A stretch of 64,000 bases of DNA from Eledone cirrhosa (lineage: Eukaryota): contig OZ024741.1 of NCBI GenBank assembly GCA_964016885.1, forward strand, positions 56,172,001 to 56,236,000. Reading direction: 5' to 3'. The notes below the pieces were generated by a model. That model saw only the letters and a list, made by a program, of their open reading frames with translations. It did not search any database and was not told the DNA's origin. Both the position numbers and the translations under genes were made by a program. Each line of letters starts with the position of its first letter. The first letter of the stretch is position 1. Below are positions 1 to 11,690 of the stretch, in pieces.

Positions 1-2206
1 GCAATTCATAGTTGTAAGAATGACATTACACTGATCAGTAATATTCATTATCAATATGAAATTGGAAAGTACGATGAACAAATTTTAGAGTTTACATTTA
101 GCTTATTACAAAATACAGATCGAAAGTATTCAGTAATAAAAACAATAATGAAAGTTTTATGATCCCTTCTTTATTTTCAAGCAATTGTAATGAACTTGCA
201 TTTTTAGTAGGGGATAAATCTAATTAAGTCCCGTACAAGTTTTTATCTAGAGTTACAGCCCTCTTTGACGAGTCAGGGATCACTTCTTGCTTATACGTCC
301 CAATTCTGCCAAGGTTTGTACAGTTGGATGCTCTCCCCGACATCAAACACGTTACAAAGTGTACTGCTTGTATTCTATCCTGACACAAGCACTAGAGATT
401 GCCATATCTTCATCGAAACTGAAGAGGTCTCCGTCCATTTGTTAACCACTTTATATAGTGTACTGGGTGTAATTTATCGTGGTCTTGCTCTAGAGAGACT
501 GCCTTGCACCCCATAAAACGTTGTTGTCTCTGTTCGTTTAAAGCAATGGGTGTGAACAAAGGAGAAAGCACTGGCAGAAGAACCAGAAAGAGACAGACAG
601 ACAGTATGATGGGAATGGTTTGTATTAATAATAGATAGCATTAATTGCTATAGTCATTTGTTGTATATCTACAACCGAGTCACTGATACTCTACCTCAAT
701 CAGTTTGAAAGAGCAAAAATAGGAATTCTGTGTATTGTTCCTTCTGCACTCTTAATATTTATTCTAACAAAGTGTGGTGGATTCACAGAATTAACAGAAT
801 GTTGGATAAAATACCATGGTAGTATGTGGATCTTTACGTTCTGAGTTCAACTGAGCTTCTCATCATTGATAAAATAAAGTACCAGTCAAGTAGAATCTCC
901 CCAAGAATTACATTGAGTGCACATGTCTGTGGAATGTTCAGCCACGTACACATTAATTTCATGAGCAGGCTGTTCTGTTGATCAAACAACTCGTCATAGT
1001 CAATGGAAGTCCATTCCATTAATGAAATTGAAGGACCAGTAATGCACTGGGTAATTGCTGAGAAACAATTAATGAAATTGAAGGACAAAGTCTCTTTCTT
1101 ATTTATATTCTGTGCCCTTTATGTTCCATCGATCTAAGCTGTTAATAAAGTAAGTTCCAATTAAGTATTGGAATTGATATAATCAGTTAAAACCTCATCT
1201 TCCCAGATTTGTGTTGTGATTTTAGTGCCTTTGCTAGAAATCATTATAAGCATTGATACAAGAGGACTGAGGGAAATACCTTAGAAGAATATTCTGCATA
1301 CAAATACTGAGAATGATTATGACCTGATGAAGGTTGGAGTAGTGTCTAGACAATGGGTCACATAAGATATATCACTCACCATAAGGTAGGATGTACTACT
1401 AAAAAAAAATTCAAGGTAATTTTTCTTTAGGCATACCATTCAGAAAGCTAAACAGGCATCAGTTTACCCCTAACTGGTCTATAGATTGGTGAGAATGAAC
1501 ATGCTGCATTGATTTATTATTTACTTGTTGGTCCTTCGATATCATTAATTGCTTTTCAGGCTGGGACTAGCTATATGTGTGCTCTGATGGAGCCTGTCTC
1601 AATGAGGGTGCTTTTACTTAGTCGTTCTACTTGCTAGAAATAGTAGCTAAAATCTCTGACAAACCACACCATATCATCTGGATATCGCTCTCAGAACAAG
1701 ATAAGAATGATGCTCTTATTCAGCAGATTGCATGTAGCCAGCAACAGCCACAACAGAATTTTTTTGCTATGCTTCAAATATTTCCAGCAATTTTTATATA
1801 AATTTAAACTTCTTTGCAAAGTAGCAGTAGTAGTAGTAGTAATAATCAATATTATAAAAGGAAACCTGTTTCTGTCTTACTGTATGTCCGTATATATGAA
1901 TGTGGAAAAAAATTCAACATATAGGCAATGCAACTTAAAAAATAAACAAAAACGTGTGTGAGTGCTTCTCTATGTCCTACATATGGATAATAGACAAAAG
2001 ACTTTCTCGGAAAAAAAAAAACGTATCTAACGAGTTTTGATTGAAAATGTGGCAATTTTAAAAGCAAGTCTGTCATAAAAACGTGAACTGTCTTCGTTAG
2101 TATGGATGATTCTAATATGCAGCCCTCATCTAAATTTGGAATATTAATATGGCTCTTTCATGCAAAAAGTTTGAGGACCTTTTGTATACACCATAACTGT
2201 TTTCAG

Positions 2207-2309
2207 CCTTTTTTCAGACCTGTCCCTGAGAAAACAGGAAATTGTATCAAGAATCAACCAACATCAAGTACCTTTTGCCTTCAATCATGCCTTTTCTTAT
2301 ACAATATGA
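2207..2309 (+). CDS. Possible terminal coding exon of an unidentified convergent gene (LFSDLSLRKQEIVSRINQHQVPFAFNHAFSYTI*)
   Basis: ttttcag acceptor, stop at 2307-2309, AATAAA at 2326-2331; phase-compatible with open stretch 1-68 ending AA|GTACGA. No homology recognised. Confidence 0.3.
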
Positions 2310-2791
2310 TGTAATCAAATGCTTGAATAAAGTTTTACGGATACAGTATGTATTGGATCACCTATTTCTGTAATTTATGTGTATTCCACAGTTTGTACAA
2401 AGCCATGTATGTATTTATATCTTTGATTGATAAATATCCTGCCAACACAGGCTAGGATTTACATTGCTATTTATAGTACTGTAAAGTTATTTGAACTGTG
2501 TTCACAGTGATTATAATAAATCACTTAATTTCCTTGTTTGTCTAATTATATTTTATCTTTAATTATCAAATGATCAAAAAGATCATTAAAGAAGGTGAGA
2601 ACATAAATTACTAATCCATTAGGTGCACATGTCACAGCTGTCAAAAATTTAATTAACTTCCTAGTTTTTTTATTAGAAAATAACACATTGTACATACATC
2701 TCTGCCTTCACCAATGTTCTAACTTCAGCAGATTTTCCTGGTTTCTCCTGCAAATTATACACTAAGACAAGGCTTTTCCAGATAATTTTCT

Positions 2792-2830
<39 letters not shown>

Positions 2831-3147
2831 GGGGATACATGAATGCACACAATATATGGAAGAATATGGTAAAAACAATATCAATAATCAATACTGGCAA
2901 AAATTCATAACGAAAATAAAATAAAATAAAATAAAAACAAAAACACCAAATTGTTAAAAATCAATACAGTTTATTGATGGGGGGAAAAAAAACTTACAGA
3001 TGAAGGATATGTTGATGGAATCATGGATTTGGCTGTTCTTTACTCACCACCTAATATTTTTTTTATTTAAAGGTTTTAGAATTTGAGTGGTTGCTTAACA
3101 ACCACTTGTATGATGGGAGCAGATCAATTCCACAGCTATATAAATGT

Positions 3148-3191
<44 letters not shown>

Positions 3192-4729
3192 CAGGAATTC
3201 ATTGTCACCAGCACTGTCTGAAAGCAACATGAGCTGATCAATCTGGAATTGCCCGATCAACACTATGATAGACGGAAGTAATATCCATTTTCTCAGAGTG
3301 GCAACTATATTAATTTTGAAAGGGCTGTGTACAGGAGGCAGACAACGTGATGAAGTCAGACAGAAAATAGCAACAACAAATCCATAAATATATATATATA
3401 TATTTCTATATAGCTCCACAGCAGTAGTTGACTGTGACAGTTAACACAAGAAGAGATGAAATTATGATGGTTCTCTCCTCACATAACCACCACCACCACC
3501 AATAAGAGGAAAAGGGGGAGAGAGAAAGAAGAGGAGGGGATAAAGAGAATAGTTACTGAAAGTGAATTTAATTGTAAAATGACCCCCACATTACTGAGGA
3601 TTGTTCCATTTTCTGAAGAATATCAACATGACAAATTTTCCATTTTATATATCTCCATAGGTGATTCTGGCAGAGGTAATGGGATGAATACAAATGACAG
3701 GATGAAACAACAACAATCAGACAAACAGACAGACTGAAGAAAAACAACTTTGGTTTACATATTTTCAATTGGAACCATTTCAATACATACATATATAAAT
3801 ACCTTCTTTTCCAATTATTAAATTAAAGACTCTTACAAGACTTCCTTTCTATGAGAATTCTTAGAGAAGGAAACAGAATTTGTCATGTAAGAAACATTAA
3901 TAAATTATATATCCACTTTAATTCACGCATTCAGTACTTTGCCTTTAATTGTGGTTTCACCATTTCAAGATGGGAATAAATATGTGTGTGTGTGTGTATA
4001 CATGTATATGTTTGTAGAGAAGGAGGAAATTCGACTGTAGGCTGGTACTTATTTTATCTATTAATACAGTTGACCACAAGGCTTACTGCACAAAACCTTC
4101 AGGTTCAGATATAGAAGATAGTTTAAATTTCATATAACATCCTTCCCACTTTTCAGGCAATACTTGGAATAATTGTAATTTGGACCTGGGTTTCACACAC
4201 TCAACTTATTAAAGCTGCCAAAATAGCAGTCAAATCTTCCAGAAATCACTCTAAAAAAACAAAACAAAACAGGATAGTCTGCTGATCTGGGGCTAAACAA
4301 CCAACCAACTCCTACAATTATGTTTTAAGCACTATCATATAGTTGTGGTGGTAATATAAACAAACTGTGTAAGAATGAGTGTGTGTGTGTATTTGAACAA
4401 TTTTAGCAATGAATAGTATCTAACAGAGAGCTAGAAAAAAAGGGGAGACAACCTGCATCAAATGGTTGGACATATATATCATCTTTATTTCCCAACATTT
4501 TTCCTTGCTAAATATCATGTATAAATATATGATTAGCTATGAAACTATAGGAGTGATTGACAGGCATAGTTTTGTATTAAAGCATTGATACATGTTTAGT
4601 ACAAAAGTATAGGCTATTGAACCATTCAGCTAATAAAAATATACATATGCACCACTTTAAGTACCGAGTTCTATTTCTCTTTGTATTTAAAACACACACA
4701 ACATATTTTTGTTGGACCTCCATCAGTTC

Positions 4730-5010
4730 AGAGACAAGCATTCCATTTGTTTGATCAATAGAATAGCCTGCTCATGAAATTAATGTGCTAGTGGCTGAGC
4801 ATTCTATAGTTACATGTACCTTTAATGTAGTTCAACATGTCAAGGCTGGCCCTTTGAATTAGAAGTACAACTCATTTTTGCCAGCTGTGTAGACTTGAGC
4901 AATGTAAAATAAAGCATTTTGCTCAAGAACACAATATGCCACCAGGAATTTAACTGACTACCTTACAATCAGGAGCCAAATACTCTAACCACTAAGACAT
5001 GTGCCTTCAC
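4730..5010 (+). mobile_element. Old SINE remnant of a second core family (gcctgctcatgaaattaatgtgc.agtggctgagca)
   Basis: Same motif recurs at ~32500 (+), ~43240 (+), ~930 (-), ~24130 (-) and ~23800 (-). Confidence 0.6.
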
Positions 5011-8000
5011 ATACACATGTAATGATCCCTATAAACTGAGCCATGCTACTAATCATTAGATAGAATATTATGATTTCAGTTTTATGAGTATAATGCGGTG
5101 GGTAAACTAAAATTAGAAACACACACACAATCTATATATGTGCATTGTAACATAAAAGATGATAGCTACTTATAAATTTTACCTTGCCTAATCTGATTAT
5201 ATTACATATGGTGCACACCTACAACATTACTGATATATATATATGTGTGTGTGTGTGTGTGTATGTACGTACGTACGTACGTATATATATATATATACAC
5301 ATATTTTTATATATATATGTATGTATACATATACACACACCCCTACAACATTACTACAAAATATATACTTACGTTTATATAGAAACAGTTTTTACAGGAC
5401 TAAAACTGTTTCATTCATCAGGAATTCTTGGTCATTTCATATGAATGAAACAGTCCCATAAAATCCTTTCTATATAAACCTCTGTCATCTCTACTTATGT
5501 ATTGAGTACCTTATTGCTGTGGCTACCCCCGATTCTACTCGGGATAAACATTATCATCATCATATATATATATTATTTAAACAGAATAAAAGTTTATGCA
5601 AACAAATTTTGCTTTCACCCTTTTTCAGGATCTTTGGAAACAGATATTCTTCAATCTGTGGACACAGATATATTTCCAGATGTTACAGGCAAAAATCACA
5701 TTCAAAATACAGAAAGACATAATGGCTGAATGTGCTAATTTACACACACGCACACAGATAAATAAAGTTACCAGATTGAAATATTTCGTTGAGGTTTTAA
5801 TCAAAACCATGTGATGAATCACTCAATAAAAGAATGGAAACCAAACAATTGATAAATATAAATAAAAAGAAAACAGTAGAGAAGACAAATAGAAGATTGA
5901 CTGATAATTTAAAACACCCACAACAGGCCTGCCTCAAACAATCCCTACCCAGGAGCCAATTTATCCAAACCTACATTTTCCCAAATCTGTTAACCAGCTC
6001 AACTAGTGTTCATTCTTTTTTTTTTTCATCATGGTCAACCAAATTGTTAATCAGCTTGAACCAGTTCAAACTAGTTTCAATCCAGTTTTTTTCCAACAGG
6101 ATTACACAAACTTTAACTATTCTTTTTATAAATAATAAAGAAAGAAATCATTATTATTTGGATCAGCAGAATTATTTGAGCATCAGAAAGAAATACCATG
6201 GTTAATAAAATACAGTACCATTCAAGTACTTTAATTGACTAGCCCTGATCCAAAATTCTGTTTATATATATTTTGCTTCTTATTATCATTATTATTAAGG
6301 GCAGTGATTTTGGCACAAGTGGTAGTAAACTGCCCTAAACATATTTAAAGTAACCAGTTTGGGTCTATAATTAAACTAAATTCAAATTATGTGAAGACTG
6401 TGTTTACTTGCCATCACCCACTCTGCAGAGGTCAATAATTGAAGAACCACCAATACCCAGGCACTCATTCAATCAACTTATAGGGCACGAACTGGAGAAA
6501 CAACAGGCTTAGCAACAACCAAATTATCACTATAATTTTTAAATTGATTTGCTATAGAACTTAAAGAAGGTTGAGGAAAGATGAATGAACAATAAAATAT
6601 AGTGTCTACTGAGACACATCCTTTGTAAATTGAGACCAACTTAGCAGTTAGCTAGTACTGACAATTGAGTGGGTGGGTTAATGGGCAGAAATTAGCAGTC
6701 AATATTACATGGTGGTTATTGTTGCTGTAACAGTAGTAATTGTAGTTATACATATTTTTGTTATAAGTGATATTTTTAATTAAGCCTGTCATGATCATTT
6801 CCACCCTCTCAACCATTAACAAATGTTAGTGGGCGCAAGCCACACACATTCCATGAAGAAATTCAAATACAGAGACATTCCTGCACACACACATACACAC
6901 TATATATACATATATATACACATACACTGTTTTCGTTGCCTTTAGCATATGCACCTAAAGGTAACACTGCATATTCATTCAAGAACATACTTCACAAATG
7001 TTCCCTGTAAAGGAAGGGGGAGGTAACTCCCCGAATCAGCATATACCTCATTCCTTGCCACTTCAGTTCACTAAAACAAAGGAGAGAGGTTTCCTCTCAA
7101 TGAACTCACACTGTGCAGCATCTTTTACATGGCTGTCCACTGCACACTGAGACCAACATAAGCTTGCACAGTAAGGGAGATAGGAGGGGTGGTTACTACC
7201 ACACACCACACCTGGTTTCCCTGCAAGGAAGGAGAACAAAGCAACAGGCTGCACCACCAATGGCATGCAAACAGTAGCTAAAAGCTAGATGTATGAGGAG
7301 ACAGGGGGAAAATTGAGTTTTACATTGTTTTTTTTTTTAAAGCAACAGTAAAAAGTTGTGTGAATTAAGAATTTTAATCACACTCAACTTCACCCCTCTA
7401 TAAAGTTAATCAACCAAGCAGCATTTATCTAAAAATAATCGACACTCACCCAGGGGTAGGAGTGACAAATATCTGTATGTAGGAAAAAAAACAAACAGGC
7501 CCAATGATTTTATTCTGGCCAAGACAAAGGAGACAACTGACTTAAATGATATAAATAACTTTTTCTTTGCTGTATCCAAACGAGGAAACCTGATAGTACA
7601 CTTTTTATGCAACAAATCTCTTAATTCACCCAACTAACACTTCAACCTAGATCTCTCTTTGTAATGGCTTCATTTAGCCTATTATTTTCAGCCAAGGGTA
7701 GCTTAATGACCTCCACCATGCCATCAGCTCAAAGACATTTAATTTGCCATCATTTTAGCTATAGGATAGCTTAACAATCTTCACCATGCAACCATTTGAA
7801 CATAGGATTTTGCAGAAAAATCTTCACCTCACTACCATTCCAATGGATCGGGATGGCTTTCAGTTTAACTCAAGAATATTCAACTTAACATCTTTTCAGA
7901 ATCAGAATATCATCAACATCATCATTATCATTTATCGCTTGTTTTTCCATGCTGGCGGATATATATCATCATCATCATCATCAAACGTCCATTATATATA

Positions 8001-8479
8001 TCAAATGGCATCAACCAGCATACCAGCTGTGTCCAGAAGCAGCTAAAATAACTTCACAGTATCTTCAAGTGCATACTCTATTACAATTAATGCCCCCACC
8101 CTCACCCAAGCAGTCCATTGTTTTGGGATTACGGTGAGGAGAGTAGATAGGAGTAAATTAAAATAAATGGGAAAAAATTGTTAAGATTTAGAATATTTAA
8201 CTCTAGAAAGGAATTTTTTAAATTTATCTATTGTAGAAAGATTTCAACTGAAGCTTCAGCACTGTCTATATCTAACAAGTATATGAATGCGCATATATGT
8301 ACACATGCAATAATATAAAAGCATGCACATGCATATATAAACACACACAATGTAATTGATGTCAAAGAATGACAGATTGTGGTTAGGATCCCTGATACAA
8401 GGGAATTTAATCTACATTAGAGACTCAACTAACCTAGAAGCTTGTTAATCATCATTTATCAACATTCAACATACCACAA

Positions 8480-8790
8480 CATGCATTTTACGAACCATCT
8501 TCCCTGACAAGGAAAGGGTTAGCCTTGCCAGCCATGGCAAGCTTCTCCATTTTTTTTCCTATAGTCTGCACCCTCTCACCAACACTCAGCTTCCATTTCC
8601 TCCTCCTCTTTAGCCATGTCTTTTTTGGTTTTCTCCTTCCTCTACTTCCTACCACATTCATCTCCATCATTCTTTCATCAACATATGACCCAATCATCTA
8701 ATTCTATTTCATAACATTCATCTTTGGCTCTATTTCCATCACTACTCGGACATAATCATTTTCATCGTTCTTCAACCATCTCATTCCATT
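8480..8790 (-). mobile_element. Decayed RTE-like 3' fragment
   Basis: VVGSRGRRKPKKTW C-terminal motif. Confidence 0.5.
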
Positions 8791-9340
8791 GTTTTAACCG
8801 ACAAAAACCTTCCAAAATAACAACAGCAACAACAAAAACAAACAAACAGATAATGCCACAGAGTTAGTTGGATAAATGAGAGTAATAGATAGGGGGGGGG
8901 GGGGTAAAAACCACTTAAAGCATTGTAAGCAGCAGTAGTAAGTTTCAATTTTGTAATTATGTCAATCTGTTGACCTTCCATTATTTATTATCAACAGAAA
9001 TCTCAATGCACACAACATGAAAAGACTTGTGGATTCTCAAATTCAAGAATCCATAAGTCTGATGAGCTATCGATTCCAGAGTAGGGTGCGATCACTACCG
9101 AACATACCCTGAGCTGATCGATCATGAAACATGCATCACGTGTAAATAAACAATCATTTTATATTGCTACTTCATTCTTGCTCCTTATTATTAATATTAT
9201 TAACAATCTGCTTCTTAAGGATACTGACTATGTGGATAAACCAAACACAGAATACCACATCGGCAACTGGACCCATATTAGCATTGCGTGCTGAAACTGG
9301 TGAACCAAGAGTACCTAAACATTGCACACCAATACACTAT

Positions 9341-9375
<35 letters not shown>

Positions 9376-11580
9376 CACACATGCATATTGTGCTGGTGCC
9401 ATGACAAAAAGCTACCAGTCCACACTGTAATGGCGTTGGTGTTAGGAGGGGCATCTAGTCATAGAAAACCAAGCCAAAAATGGATTGTGTGAGCTAGACA
9501 TAGTCACCTGACCTGTCTAGCCCCATAACATGGTAACATGACAACCTGTCTAACCCATGCAAGCTTGGAAAATAGACATTAAGTGGTAATGATATATATA
9601 TATATATACATGTGTGTATCATCATCATCATTATTTAATGTTTGCTTTCCTTGCTGGCAAGTGTTGGATGGGTTTTCACAGACAGTCAGTACTGAAGCAG
9701 GTCTACTGACATCCTAGACAATCCGGGAGTCTGCATTCTCACTTACATACGATCCTAAGCTGTACAGATTAAATTTTATCATGGTACAAGCATTAGGGAG
9801 ATTGTGATGTTTTGTCACAACTGAAGGGTCCTCTCAACCCTTTTGGCATGGTTTCTACAGCGTGGTGTCCCTCCTATTGCTAACTACATTACAGGTGTTA
9901 CTAGATGCATTTTAGGGGCACAAACACAAATGATGTTGTAAGATATTGTCCCAACTGAAGTGCCTTCTCTGATCTGCTGGAAATGAAGGGAGGAAAGGAA
10001 GATAAACATGAAGTTATGGATGATTTGACATGGTGATGAGGAAGAGGGAAGTGGTGTCATCTGATAGTATAGGGGATGTAGTGGCAGTGACAATACTTAA
10101 GCAGCGACAGTGTAGCCATTAGCAGGAGGGGGGGGGAGACGATGACACAGGGCCGGAGAAATAGATATTAGGGTGTGATAGAGAGGGTATGTAAACAATA
10201 CATTTTTTTTGCATTCATTTTGGTTGTTTACTCAAGTGCATATACACACACTTATTGAGTAAGCACACAAAGTCCACTGGTTTCTTAGTTTTGTGGCATT
10301 TAGTGATGAGATAAATTTGCCCTTGGGTGAGATACTTTCAAGCTGTACAATACACACTCACACACATAAAAACATACACAACTATATGTATATATGTACA
10401 CATCCACATAAGTGCATATATATATGTATACATATATGCTTACACACATACTGTATTTGTACAAACATAGAGAAAAAAGTTTACACAACATTTTATATGT
10501 TACATGTACAACACTATTGTATGACTACAATATATGGGGGAAATGGTTTGGAGTGTATTAAACTAAAGAAAAAAATGTAAACCTACAAATCAATTTGAAG
10601 AATCTGTGGATGTTGTAAGATGTGATGATAACGACAATGATGATGATGATGATGACAATGATGATGATGATGATGACAATGACCATCTTTTGGAGCTATG
10701 ATAAGAGTGTGAAGGAGTCAAAAATAGTAGGAATGAGGTAAATGGCCATGGATATATAAACACATGCATTCACTGAGAGATGCACTAGGAAATGCTAAAA
10801 AAAAAAAAAAAAAAAAGCCAATAAAGGAATAAATTAAAAAAAATTTCAAAATTACCTCCCAGAATGGACAGTGTCCACTCAGATGCTAGTTAATGTCTAC
10901 CTTTGATTTGAATTAAAAGGTTTCACCACCAGTCTACGTTTAAAGGCTCCAACAATGCAGACACACATACTCTTCATCTTCTACACTCCTGTCACAAATT
11001 CCTCATAACCCTTTCCATTTGCTTCTCCACCCAACCTCTTCTCTGTGGTGAATAATTTACCCCACCCATCACTACCCTCTCTCAGTTCTTGTGCATTCCA
11101 ATCTATGGTGCACTACTAGCAGTCACCACCAAATGTTTCGTGAGATGTGTAATGAGGAAGTCTTTATAATACTCTTAAAGCAAATCTGTAGAGAATATAT
11201 ATTTATTGGGTTTCTCTACAGATTAACAGTATTAAGTACTTATTTTGACTTGGTCTTCTTTGTTTCTGAACTAAGAAAATTCAATATATATATATGTATT
11301 ATACGTAATATATTTACGTTAGCCCTCCTTGTGATGGTGGATACAATAATGTTTTTTATGTGTATACACACATATAAATGTATGTGTGTGTACACACATA
11401 CACACACTCACTCATACTCATTCTTAAACATACATTCTTGAATGGATGAATAATAAAAAAAAAAATGAATGATGGCATGATGTGGTCAAAGAAGGTGGAA
11501 GTGGTGGATGAAAGAGTTGATAATTGGTGGTGGTTGGGGGAGGGAATTTTGGTTACATAGTGACTTTGAACTGGGAGTGC

Positions 11581-11690
11581 TCACAACCAAGGGTGCCAAG
11601 CTGGATCCATACGACACAAGTTGTCGTGGCTGTTGGCAGCAGCAACCAATGTACTCACTTTACTTTCAGCACCTTCAAATGTGGCTAGAT
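11581..11690 (-). CDS. TRRAP: TRRAP terminal coding exon, FATC (NLATFEGAESKV...LCRMDPAWHPWL*)
   Basis: cag acceptor, TGA at 11583-11581; canonical TRRAP C-terminus. Confidence 0.97.

Noticed and set aside
1695-1801. Open stretch after tctcag (EQDKNDALIQQ...) as an exon
   Set aside because: Weak pyrimidine tract, adjacent to a repeat remnant, no recognisable homology.
9024-9150. Hairpin gacttgtggattct/agaatccataagtc followed by CTGATGA and a later GAAAC, as a hammerhead ribozyme
   Set aside because: No NUH triplet at the base of the hairpin and no consistent stem II/III; at most a decayed remnant.
3063-11441. Many 60-120 aa ORFs rich in YI/HT/CV repeats
   Set aside because: Products of (TA)n/(CA)n microsatellites and chance open frames.
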